A program made the translations under genes and the position numbers. From IMG/VR virus record IMGVR_UViG_2623620416_000002, positions 105,253-146,658 of that record: 41,406 bases of DNA; one strand, given 5' to 3'. Below the pieces are notes generated by a model, which saw nothing but the letters and a program-made list of their open reading frames with translations, was not told the origin of the DNA and ran no database searches. The DNA comes from a virus. Lineage: Duplodnaviria; Heunggongvirae; Uroviricota; Caudoviricetes. Positions 1 to 7,559 of this stretch are shown here, in pieces; position 1 is the first letter of the stretch; every line of letters begins with the position of its first letter.

Positions 1-455
1 GTTGTTGTGACAATTCCCGTAATTCCTTTTCCTTCACGCGCTGCTTTAGCCAATTTATCACAGCCTTCATTATGCTCATCACCGGAGTGTCCTTTCACCC
101 AACGTGTACTTGCTCCAATAGTTTGGTATATTCTTCTAAGTTGTATATAAAGCGGGGCAAGGTGGATAGCTTTACATTGATAGGCACCATTTGCATATCC
201 GAGTACAAGCTGTGAGTCAGAGATAAGCACGACTTGGAAAGGACCCTGTGATTGTATTTCTGGACGGTTGATATAGGCGGAAGCCTCTTCAAGACCTTTG
301 ATTGCGGCAGTAATTTCTGCAACGTTGTTAGTAGCGCTAGACAGATATCCGTTCCCCTCACCAAGCAAGGCACCGTTAACGACGAGTCTCCATCCATAGC
401 CGCCATCAGAGTTAAATGTATTCCCGGAGCCATCTGCATATATTTCTACTTTCAC
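1..455 (-). CDS. rnhA: Ribonuclease HI (runs off the left window edge; absent from ORF track)
   Basis: GTG at 455 overlaps the upstream TGA. My translation: MKVEIYADGSGNTFNSDGGYGWRLVVNG...SATNNVAEITAAIKGLEE...VVLISDSQLVLGY...TRWVKGHSGDEHNEGCDKLAKAAREG. All RNase H catalytic motifs are present (DGS, TNNxAE, SDSQ, WVKGHSG, NExxDxLA). Confidence 0.93.
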   Translation of the reverse strand, partial: MKVEIYADGSGNTFNSDGGYGWRLVVNGALLGEGNGYLSSATNNVAEITAAIKGLEEASAYINRPEIQSQGPFQVVLISDSQLVLGYANGAYQCKAIHLAPLYIQLRRIYQTIGASTRWVKGHSGDEHNEGCDKLAKAAREGKGITGIVTT

Positions 456-640
456 TTAGTAATCCTTAATTTAAACTCTTTTGCTTGTTGAATTAAATCA
501 TCACCTATTAATATAGGTGACCATGATGCTGGTGGATTAAGTCTATTAAGAAATAATTCACTCTTTAAGCCTAATTTAATTAGAAACAATTGAAGCGCTG
601 CTAATACTTTAGCGTCAGCATCATGTGGACTAGTTATCAT
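452..640 (-). CDS. Small protein with LQLFLIKLGLKS motif, coupled to rnhA
   Basis: 62 aa; GTGA stop/start overlap with RNase H; carries the motif of the 18-21 kb cluster. Confidence 0.7.
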   Translation of the reverse strand: MITSPHDADAKVLAALQLFLIKLGLKSELFLNRLNPPASWSPILIGDDLIQQAKEFKLRITK

Positions 641-677
641 AGTATAATGATCCTATCTTATTAAGGAGATTATACTT

Positions 678-944
678 ATGGCAATGGCACCTGCAGCACT
701 CAAATCTAAGATGAAAGAGACTATCTATAATGGTCTCAAAGCTCAGTTTGGTTCATCTGCATCGCAAGGCCAACAGTATTCTCCTATCGCTGACGAACAA
801 TGGCAAAAGATGGCTGAAGCTATCTCTGGTATTGCAGCTGATATTGTTATGGAAATAACTCAGAATGCTCAGGTCTTACCTGGTATTCCTACTGCTGGTG
901 GTCCAACAAATCAAGCTACTGTTGCACCAGGTAAAATTCTTTAA
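678..944 (+). CDS. Small virion-type protein, possibly baseplate-spike associated
   Basis: AAGGAG RBS and TATAAT at 643-648; pattern L..K...I...MAEAI...IV.EI..NAQV...G.....G.I recalls small proteins encoded next to myovirus spikes (from memory). Confidence 0.45.
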   Translation: MAMAPAALKSKMKETIYNGLKAQFGSSASQGQQYSPIADEQWQKMAEAISGIAADIVMEITQNAQVLPGIPTAGGPTNQATVAPGKIL

Positions 945-1222
945 TACTTGCTTTTAATTTTAAATGATTCTATCTTATTAGCACGAGGCTCTTGCTTTTC
1001 ACTAGCAGGATAGATTTCTACGGTCATAGTTTGAACTGTATCTTCTTCTGTTGGTGTTTTAATACACTTTAAAGTAAGACAATTAACCATAACACCACTA
1101 CCAGGATCTTCTTGTGTTATGCCGATTTCAACCTCAAAATCTTTTTCATCATTGCTGTAACCAATCATGGTGTATTTAAGTTTATTAAGAACCATGTCTA
1201 GTTGTCTACCACTGATTTTCAT
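941..1222 (-). CDS. Hypothetical protein
   Basis: 93 aa ORF in coupled minus-strand run. Confidence 0.7.
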   Translation of the reverse strand: MKISGRQLDMVLNKLKYTMIGYSNDEKDFEVEIGITQEDPGSGVMVNCLTLKCIKTPTEEDTVQTMTVEIYPASEKQEPRANKIESFKIKSKY

Positions 1223-1425
1223 TACTTACCTTTTTGTTTAAAAGTTGCTCTTGCTGTATTAGCAAAATCTTTAAACTCTTCTAAGTGATTAGATAAAGCA
1301 ATTGCTTTCTTAGAACCTAAAGAGAATAAAGGATAGTCACCGACCTTATTACCTTGGTCATCAACTTCCCATACTGCAAACATTTTATTACCCTTAAACT
1401 CTTCAAAAAATACTTTCGTCTTCAT
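1222..1425 (-). CDS. Small conserved-type protein, possibly PC4/YdbC-like nucleic-acid binder
   Basis: Start re-set to MKTKVF (AAGGGA RBS); EFKGN...PLFSLGSKKA.AL..HLEEFKDF pattern; fold guess is inference. Confidence 0.5.
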   Translation of the reverse strand: MKTKVFFEEFKGNKMFAVWEVDDQGNKVGDYPLFSLGSKKAIALSNHLEEFKDFANTARATFKQKGK

Positions 1426-1750
1426 AAACCATCCCTTTTCCACGATAATTTCTCGGTTCAGAATCAAAGCCACCTTTGATAAAGCGCATTTCAAGACAAT
1501 CAATGATGTTTAGAGCTTGATCAATAGCCATATTGAAAGCTCGCTTTTCTTCTAATCTAGAATTAAACATTTTTTTAGGAAAATTAAATTCAATTTCAGT
1601 TCTAAGACCTTCAATTTTAGTTTTAATAATATCTAAGTTCTCAAGTCCAGATGAAGCAATACCAATACAATCTTTCATTGCAAGGCGATAAGCATCTTTA
1701 TTCTCTTGAGATCCTAATCTGCTATATACATAGTTACCTGTCGATCTCAT
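1403..1750 (-). CDS. Hypothetical protein
   Basis: Likely start MRSTGN at 1750, overlapping the upstream stop region. Confidence 0.55.
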   Translation of the reverse strand: MRSTGNYVYSRLGSQENKDAYRLAMKDCIGIASSGLENLDIIKTKIEGLRTEIEFNFPKKMFNSRLEEKRAFNMAIDQALNIIDCLEMRFIKGGFDSEPRNYRGKGMVYEDESIF

Positions 1751-2258
1751 TAGTAAGATTATTGTTTCCAACACACTCAGGACTGATGTTGAAGAGCTCA
1801 TCAACTAGTTCCTCCCTATTAGACTTATAATAGTCGGCATCTAAAGACAATGGATGCATGATAGATATTGGCCCATATTCATTTAATTTTATACAATGTT
1901 CTCTACCCATAAGACAATGGCCAAGTTCATGAAACATTAATTCTTCTCTTTCATGTATGCTCATTTCATACCAAGTTGGTTTATGTATTTTAATAAAAAC
2001 ACCATACAAAGGACTTACGTAACAATAGCCAATTGCTGTGTCTTCCGCTTTTAATCTTAAATTTGCAAACTGTATATTCACATTAAGTAAGCTAACTGAG
2101 TGTCCACGAAATTCAGCCTCATACATAAATGATTGCAATACAAGACTAAATTCAGGATCAATTGGGTTATATAAAGTATCTTTTTCAACTTTATTAAAAG
2201 TGATGGTACAACTAATTAATAAGATTATTAAAAAGATCACAAACGTTCTCATAACCAT
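1734..2258 (-). CDS. Exported or lipoprotein metzincin-like zinc metallopeptidase
   Basis: Hydrophobic N-terminus ending LLISC; HELGHCLMGREH zinc motif; SIMHP Met-turn. Confidence 0.75.
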   Translation of the reverse strand: MVMRTFVIFLIILLISCTITFNKVEKDTLYNPIDPEFSLVLQSFMYEAEFRGHSVSLLNVNIQFANLRLKAEDTAIGYCYVSPLYGVFIKIHKPTWYEMSIHEREELMFHELGHCLMGREHCIKLNEYGPISIMHPLSLDADYYKSNREELVDELFNISPECVGNNNLTNEIDR

Positions 2259-2279
2259 TCTCCACTATATAATATAACT

Positions 2280-2549
2280 ATGAACTGCAAAATCTGTATT
2301 TTAGCTCACATGTTACAACATTCTGAACTTCTTTTTTGGGTTAAATGCCCAACATGCGGATATACAGAATTTGTACCAGAAGCTCATGCTCGCTATAAGA
2401 ATGCATGCAAATATGCTACAAACTCTCTAGTGCAGAAGAGGAAATGTAGCTCAGAAGAACAATGCGATTGTCCCATCGTTTCACATACGGAACAGCAGAT
2501 TCAGGCGCTTCAATGTCGAAAACCTTACCCTCCTGCGGCTGAAGAGTAA
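2280..2549 (+). CDS. Possible zinc-ribbon protein
   Basis: CxxC...CPTC and upstream TATAAT; but its 3' half overlaps a plausible minus-strand gene. Confidence 0.3.
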   Translation: MNCKICILAHMLQHSELLFWVKCPTCGYTEFVPEAHARYKNACKYATNSLVQKRKCSSEEQCDCPIVSHTEQQIQALQCRKPYPPAAEE

Positions 2550-2628
2550 TCAAAATATTATCTCCATTTTTAGATATTAGTCTAATTTGAATTGGAGATG
2601 ATTCGTCATTTATGTAATAGATTTTCAT
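2416..2628 (-). CDS. Hypothetical protein
   Basis: TAATG overlap with upstream gene gives start MKIYY. Confidence 0.65.
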   Translation of the reverse strand: MKIYYINDESSPIQIRLISKNGDNILITLQPQEGKVFDIEAPESAVPYVKRWDNRIVLLSYISSSALESL

Positions 2629-2912
2629 TAGTAATTCCATTGCAATGCTAATGCATTGCCTTTAGGATCAATGTTTAAATTTAAGTTCTTATGAAGTTTA
2701 AATACGGCAGGCTTACCTACTGCAATAGCATAAACAGGAGTGAGGGTGTAGACTATATACTCGTGACCTTTAATTAATCTTTGACCTATTTCTTCGGCAT
2801 TTTTAACTGCTTCTTGCAATTGCTTATTTGATTGATAATAAGCGGCACTAGCTTGATTACAGCCTGTTTGACCAACAATACAAGTTGTAGCTACTAATGC
2901 CTCTAATAACAT
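2628..2912 (-). CDS. Small putative exported protein
   Basis: Hydrophobic, Cys-containing N-terminus; abuts neighbouring genes. Confidence 0.65.
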   Translation of the reverse strand: MLLEALVATTCIVGQTGCNQASAAYYQSNKQLQEAVKNAEEIGQRLIKGHEYIVYTLTPVYAIAVGKPAVFKLHKNLNLNIDPKGNALALQWNY

Positions 2913-3140
2913 TTAGAATTCCTCTGAATGAGAATAGCCTTCATCTGTGAATATTGCTCTATTATGATTATAAGCAAGCATTTCACATAAAGCGTAATCA
3001 ATGTCTTCATCTTTAACACCAAGAGCTTCCATAAGAATAGAAGCTTTTTCAATAGAATCAAACTTATCATGAACAATAGTTCTAGTAACTACATGTGTAA
3101 CTATCCATTCATTGCTTTTCTTTACTAAATTAACATTCAT
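2913..3140 (-). CDS. Hypothetical protein
   Basis: 75 aa, tightly packed operon. Confidence 0.7.
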   Translation of the reverse strand: MNVNLVKKSNEWIVTHVVTRTIVHDKFDSIEKASILMEALGVKDEDIDYALCEMLAYNHNRAIFTDEGYSHSEEF

Positions 3141-3149
3141 ATTAACCTT

Positions 3150-3383
3150 TCAGTCTTCATAAGAAGCACCATCATCATACTCTGCCATATAGCGAACATC
3201 GTTACAACCACAATCATCATTATGATTTTCACAATACTCACAAAAATCCTCTGATTGTGTATCAGTTAATTCAGATAATTTTTCTTCTGCTGAGTTAATA
3301 CCAATTGATAGTAAAAAACTCATTAACCCAATGGTAATAGTAACATCTTCTAAGCTATATAGACTAATCTTCTTGGACTTCAT
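3150..3383 (-). CDS. Acidic protein with Cys-rich C-terminus
   Basis: CEYC...CGC, D/E-rich. Confidence 0.6.
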   Translation of the reverse strand: MKSKKISLYSLEDVTITIGLMSFLLSIGINSAEEKLSELTDTQSEDFCEYCENHNDDCGCNDVRYMAEYDDGASYED

Positions 3384-3518
3384 GAAGTTTAACCTTATTG
3401 TTTCGCTTATAGTCTTTAATAGACTTATGGCGTTTGTTAGAAGGAAGCGAAAGACGGGTTACCGGCTTACTAAGCTTAATTTTCTCTTTAAGTTTCTTTC
3501 GCTTTTGTTTATTCATAA

Positions 3519-3713
3519 CTACTCGTTAAAGTATTTTTGTTGTAAAGCTTTCGGTAAGAGATCTACTTCAATCTCAACAACCTTTTCTTTAGGTTGAGAA
3601 GAGCGTTGACCTCGTGGTTTTTGAGCTTGTACTTTCTTGATTTCATTTCCTTGGCTTAAGAACACAGCCATACCAGCTTCTAACTGTTGACGCATATTTT
3701 GTTTTGATTTCAT
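3519..3713 (-). CDS. Possible SutA-like RNA-polymerase-binding small protein
   Basis: RQQLEAGMAVFLSQGNEIKKV resembles the SutA core (R.AL..AMEEFL..GG.VQEI); AAAGGAG RBS. Confidence 0.4.
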   Translation of the reverse strand: MKSKQNMRQQLEAGMAVFLSQGNEIKKVQAQKPRGQRSSQPKEKVVEIEVDLLPKALQQKYFNE

Positions 3714-3725
3714 ATTAGTTCTCCT

Positions 3726-4016
3726 TTAGAAATATATTGGTTCAGGAACAGTTTTGGCGCAACCTTCTGATTCACGCTCAATAGCAATCTTTACCATTTT
3801 AGCTGTATTAAGTTTCAAATTACCAGCCATTTGCTTATTAAATTGCTCATCAGTCATTTTAAAGAATGTATCGCATTTATTGATTTTAATGCGAATCATG
3901 TGATGTTTACCATATACTGAACTCGGCATATCTACTTCATATTCAAATGCTTCAGAGCATTGAGGCATTAATAGTAAACTTAAAGCTAAAACATATATTC
4001 CAAATGCAATTCTCAT
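3726..4016 (-). CDS. Exported protein (signal peptide)
   Basis: Start MRIAFG after AAGGAG; hydrophobic stretch then SEA cleavage-like site. Confidence 0.65.
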   Translation of the reverse strand: MRIAFGIYVLALSLLLMPQCSEAFEYEVDMPSSVYGKHHMIRIKINKCDTFFKMTDEQFNKQMAGNLKLNTAKMVKIAIERESEGCAKTVPEPIYF

Positions 4017-4017
4017 A

Positions 4018-4335
4018 TTATCTCCTTGTTTGGTTGTCAGTTTCAACCGCATGCCTAATTCTTCCTAAATCACCTTCGATATTAGAACTATTAGAGCTAT
4101 ATGGTCTATTAATAACTAATCCAAGCATTCCAAAGAAAAACATCGGAAGGCCAGGAATAAATATCAGTATGAATAGAATCGTCGATAGTGGCATAATTGC
4201 TTGATGCGCTGTAAAGATCATATCTATTACAAACGGCAGTGATAAGCAAAAGCCAACTATAGCAAATATAGCTGCGTTAAGCTTTCTTAACACCATTGTT
4301 TGCCTATTATTTCTAATTTGTGTAGTTTTTCTCAT
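4018..4335 (-). CDS. Membrane protein, about 2 TM helices
   Basis: Two long hydrophobic segments. Confidence 0.65.
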   Translation of the reverse strand: MRKTTQIRNNRQTMVLRKLNAAIFAIVGFCLSLPFVIDMIFTAHQAIMPLSTILFILIFIPGLPMFFFGMLGLVINRPYSSNSSNIEGDLGRIRHAVETDNQTRR

Positions 4336-4370
4336 AATGTATTTTAGTTTCAGATAAAAGAAATAAAGAT

Positions 4371-4391
4371 GGGAAGATTATTAGTCTTCCC
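4371..4391 (-). terminator. Probable intrinsic terminator after paralog 1
   Basis: GGGAAGA/TCTTCCC stem followed on the minus strand by ATCTTTATTTCTTTT. Confidence 0.6.
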
Positions 4392-4433
4392 ACCTGCGCT
4401 TATTTAATTTGCAACGCTGTGACGCTTCAGCAA

Positions 4434-4919
4434 TTACTTAATCATTGATTGTAATGCAGCTGGCAATACAGAAGCATCAATCACAGTCTTCTTAACTTTA
4501 GAAGCTTGGATTTCGCTAACTCGATTGTCAATTGCAGTTTGCACTTCAGCTTTATCAGCATCAGTCGTAAGTGTGGTCAATAGAGCTCGCATTGCTTTAA
4601 GCGAAGGATCAGAAGATCCGATGCGTGATCCAGGGTTTTTAGCAGAGTATTTAGCTCCACCATTAAGACGTTTGTCTTTGCGCAACCAGTTTGATTGCAA
4701 ACCAGAGACATAAGCCTTAAGATCTGAGTCAGCATACTGACGATCTAATTCTACAGATCCACTACGAAATCCTTCGAATAAGACTTGGTTTACCTGTGAA
4801 CGTAATTCACGGGTCATCAACGTCGAAACATCTGTACCTTCTGATACTGTGATGTTGTTCTCATTGAGAACAGACGTGACTGCATTATAAACAGCTTCTT
4901 TCTGAGACATTTTGGACAT
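4434..4919 (-). CDS. Unknown protein, paralog 1 of 3 (GLQSNWLRKDKRLNGG family)
   Basis: AGGAGG RBS; near-identical core with 12214-12675 and 16944-17408. Confidence 0.9.
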   Translation of the reverse strand: MSKMSQKEAVYNAVTSVLNENNITVSEGTDVSTLMTRELRSQVNQVLFEGFRSGSVELDRQYADSDLKAYVSGLQSNWLRKDKRLNGGAKYSAKNPGSRIGSSDPSLKAMRALLTTLTTDADKAEVQTAIDNRVSEIQASKVKKTVIDASVLPAALQSMIK

Positions 4920-4935
4920 AAAATTGTCCTCCTAT

Positions 4936-4964
4936 AAAAAAAGGAATAGCGGAATTGCTATTCC
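4936..4964 (-). terminator. Terminator-like hairpin directly upstream of the paralog-1 RBS
   Basis: GGAATAGC/GCTATTCC stem plus T7 tract on the minus strand, then ATAGGAGG. Confidence 0.65.
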
Positions 4965-4984
4965 AAAATTAACTTTATTTCGGA

Positions 4985-5185
4985 TTAATACTCATCGTCT
5001 TCTTCATAGGGATCATAAGAGCCATCTTCGTCATCTTCGTCACCAGGGTATTCATCGTCAGATAAAGTTTCAGTTTGTTTAACATACTCTTCATCTTCGT
5101 CTTCAAAGACATCTTCTTGTTCAATTTGTTCTTCATCGTCCAATAGATATTCGTCGTTTTCCCATTTTGTATTCAGCTTATTCAT
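4985..5185 (-). CDS. Extremely acidic small protein
   Basis: 32 of 66 residues are D/E (counted). Confidence 0.7.
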   Translation of the reverse strand: MNKLNTKWENDEYLLDDEEQIEQEDVFEDEDEEYVKQTETLSDDEYPGDEDDEDGSYDPYEEDDEY

Positions 5186-5186
5186 A

Positions 5187-5441
5187 TTATTTCCCTTCGT
5201 TTATTGCTTGTTTTAATGCGCTAATAATGTCATCTATTTGCATAGAACAGCTATATGTAGCAAGAATGCCAGGACGAGATTTAAACACGACTACGTAATC
5301 ATAACCAACTTGGATATAGATTGACTCAGTAATCCATATAGCTGGATCTGTCATTTCTGTGCCTTTATCTACCATTATAGGCTTTATTCCTCTTGCTAGT
5401 AGTTTTCTTGCTATTGAGTTTACTTTTTGATTTACGTCCAT
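5187..5441 (-). CDS. Hypothetical protein
   Basis: 84 aa ORF ending at the RBS of the next gene. Confidence 0.65.
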   Translation of the reverse strand: MDVNQKVNSIARKLLARGIKPIMVDKGTEMTDPAIWITESIYIQVGYDYVVVFKSRPGILATYSCSMQIDDIISALKQAINEGK

Positions 5442-5853
5442 CCACTACCCCGTTATTAGATATAAGATCGGATTGATTACTATCATCAAGAATAGATCTG
5501 CGAGCTAATTCGCTTAAAATAGTATTAATAGTGCGACCAGTTCGTTTAAGAGCTCCACTTTCATGGACCTCTAATATTTCTTGAAGTTGCTTAGTTGACA
5601 ACTCTGATATTTTTTGTTGATAAAGATTGTCAACAGATTCTTTAGCTTGCAGCATTTCTTTAAGCTCATCTGTGTCATAAATATCTGAGTACAGTCGAGC
5701 ATGACGAATTATATCCATGCCATTATGTAAGTCTTCTTCTGACCAATCAGGTGTCCCAAGAACTTCACGTATGCATTGTTCAAAGATTTTAGAAGTACAT
5801 TCACTGGATCTTTTTATTTTGACTTTGCTTAACTTTTTTTGCATAAATTTCAA
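5365..5853 (-). CDS. Hypothetical protein (start uncertain)
   Basis: Long open frame; the true start may be an internal ATG. Confidence 0.55.
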   Translation of the reverse strand: MKFMQKKLSKVKIKRSSECTSKIFEQCIREVLGTPDWSEEDLHNGMDIIRHARLYSDIYDTDELKEMLQAKESVDNLYQQKISELSTKQLQEILEVHESGALKRTGRTINTILSELARRSILDDSNQSDLISNNGVVDGRKSKSKLNSKKTTSKRNKAYNGR

Positions 5854-5933
5854 ACTCCGTCATACTCATTCGATCATCGAAAGGAACTTTTAGATTATAA
5901 AGAAGTCTTATTAAACATAAATAAGCACTGAAA

Positions 5934-6209
5934 CTATTCAACTTGCTTGCGACGTGCATCAATTAACTCCATTTGCTTATCTAAATCATCTAAAGTGTCT
6001 TTAAAGTTGTTAGCGTTATTTGTACACTTATCTATTGACTCGTCTGTTAATGGCTTAGATATTAACTGACAACCATACATGTGAGCACTACGCATATCTT
6101 CAGAGTTAAATGGAGCTTCATTCATTAGATGCAATAGAAACAATATAGTTGTAGTCATAGCACCAATGCAACTATACATTCCTACTCTGTAAAGAATAGG
6201 ATGTTTCAT
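5934..6209 (-). CDS. Membrane-anchored protein
   Basis: N-terminal TM segment, C-terminal coiled coil; ATGA coupling. Confidence 0.65.
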   Translation of the reverse strand: MKHPILYRVGMYSCIGAMTTTILFLLHLMNEAPFNSEDMRSAHMYGCQLISKPLTDESIDKCTNNANNFKDTLDDLDKQMELIDARRKQVE

Positions 6210-6433
6210 ATAGAACTCTTAAAAAGAAACTCTTTAGGATTTGATTTAACAACTCGCACTATTGAATATATTATACAAATTGAACCTGTGAGGCCAATTG
6301 TGGGTGTTACATCATACATAAATGAGAATTCACTAAATGCTAATACAAAGCCTGCAGCAGCGCAACCAAGCCATATAACTACCATGCAGAACAGCAACCA
6401 AGTAATGATTAATGTTTTAATAAGTGCGTTCAT
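6206..6433 (-). CDS. Small membrane protein (2 TM)
   Basis: Almost entirely hydrophobic. Confidence 0.65.
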   Translation of the reverse strand: MNALIKTLIITWLLFCMVVIWLGCAAAGFVLAFSEFSFMYDVTPTIGLTGSICIIYSIVRVVKSNPKEFLFKSSI

Positions 6434-6704
6434 AATTATGCTCCCAAATTTGCTTATTTAATTCGCCTTTAGCTTTTATAGTTTCAGCATGAGCAGCGTC
6501 TTTTCTCATTGTGATTTGAGAGTTGATATATGAAGCAGCTGCATTCATAGCATCAATGGGGTGATTTGCTTCACCAATAACAGGTCTTTGATTTTCTTCT
6601 TTAACAATCCACATCCATTTACCTTTAGTCAAATAAACCTCAGGAATCATTGTTGTGCTGTCTTTAGATGTCCAAACCATTTTAGCCTTAGTGAACCATA
6701 CCAT
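6417..6704 (-). CDS. Hypothetical protein
   Basis: Start re-set to MVWFTK after TATAAT-GGGAGG. Confidence 0.7.
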   Translation of the reverse strand: MVWFTKAKMVWTSKDSTTMIPEVYLTKGKWMWIVKEENQRPVIGEANHPIDAMNAAASYINSQITMRKDAAHAETIKAKGELNKQIWEHNYERTY

Positions 6705-6760
6705 ACGACCTCCCATTATAGATATGTTGTATCGGCGGGAGTACCCGAGCAAGGGCGCCG

Positions 6761-6793
6761 GCGTAGCAGTGTCAGCACTTAGTGGGGTGCTGA
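6761..6793 (-). repeat. Hairpin + GACACTGCTACGC element, copy 1
   Basis: Minus strand: TCAGCAC-cccactaa-GTGCTGA-CACTGCTACGC. Confidence 0.9.
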
Positions 6794-6805
6794 GTAGGGA
6801 AATAG

Positions 6806-6832
6806 AAAACGGACCGCATTGCTGCAGTCCGT
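6806..6832 (-). terminator. Intrinsic terminator after the OmpA-domain gene
   Basis: ACGGACTGCA-gcaa-TGCGGTCCGT then TTTCTATTT on the minus strand. Confidence 0.8.
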
Positions 6833-6862
6833 AAAGGAGATACCGTCCGTGGATGTATGAAC

Positions 6863-7549
6863 TTAGAACTCGTAACCAACACCAAAGTTTAATTTAGGAC
6901 TTCGTTTAATATCTATACCAATCATAGGAACTATTCCATTGTCGAATTGGTATTGATACATTGCAGCAGGAATGTAATTCTCTTCGATTGCAGCTTCACC
7001 AATAGCTTTAGATCCTGAAGTATAAGACTTAGTCTCATTGTTTACTACACCTTGATGAACAAACACAGACACAATATGTTTCTTAATCTTAGTTTTCTCA
7101 ACTACTTTTTCAACGACTTTTTCTTTCTCTTCACACTTCTTTGCTTCAGATATAACAGCAGTTGTAGTTCCAGCTTTTGATTTTACAATCACTACAACAC
7201 GTCTGTTCTTTGCATATTCTTCATCAGTAGTTCCAGTAGTTAACAGCTCAGACTTACCTTTACCAACAGATGTAATCTTAGATTTGTCAGCGCCAAACTT
7301 AACTAATATGTTTACTGCTGATTTTGCTCTAGCTTCAGAGAGCTTTTGATTATAAGCAACTGAAGCTCTTTGATCTGTATGTCCTTCAACAGATATACTA
7401 ATCACTTCTTTATCTTTAATTTGTTCGTTATAAACCTTTTCTAATTCTTTGATTAGCTCAGGCATAGGAACATCGCTTGCAGTCTTAAAATGCTGGCCAG
7501 CATTTGCAATACTAGCCATCATTATGATTAACATTAATAGATATTTCAT
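6863..7549 (-). CDS. OmpA-family peptidoglycan-binding domain protein with signal peptide
   Basis: Signal peptide ending ANA; ISVEGHTDQRASVAYNQKLSEARA...KITSVGKG...NRRVVV is the OmpA_C signature; C-terminus ...GVGYEF. Confidence 0.9.
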   Translation of the reverse strand: MKYLLMLIIMMASIANAGQHFKTASDVPMPELIKELEKVYNEQIKDKEVISISVEGHTDQRASVAYNQKLSEARAKSAVNILVKFGADKSKITSVGKGKSELLTTGTTDEEYAKNRRVVVIVKSKAGTTTAVISEAKKCEEKEKVVEKVVEKTKIKKHIVSVFVHQGVVNNETKSYTSGSKAIGEAAIEENYIPAAMYQYQFDNGIVPMIGIDIKRSPKLNFGVGYEF

Positions 7550-7559
7550 GTTATGTCCT

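Noticed and set aside
95-439. Track ORF of 114 aa (minus)
   Set aside because: Alternative frame over the RNase H gene, which has all catalytic motifs
5801-5959. Possible 52-aa minus-strand ORF with LIRLLYNLKV, similar to the KLGIK motif
   Set aside because: Overlaps two other ORFs, has no clear RBS, and the match is only to the generic amphipathic part; not counted as a member
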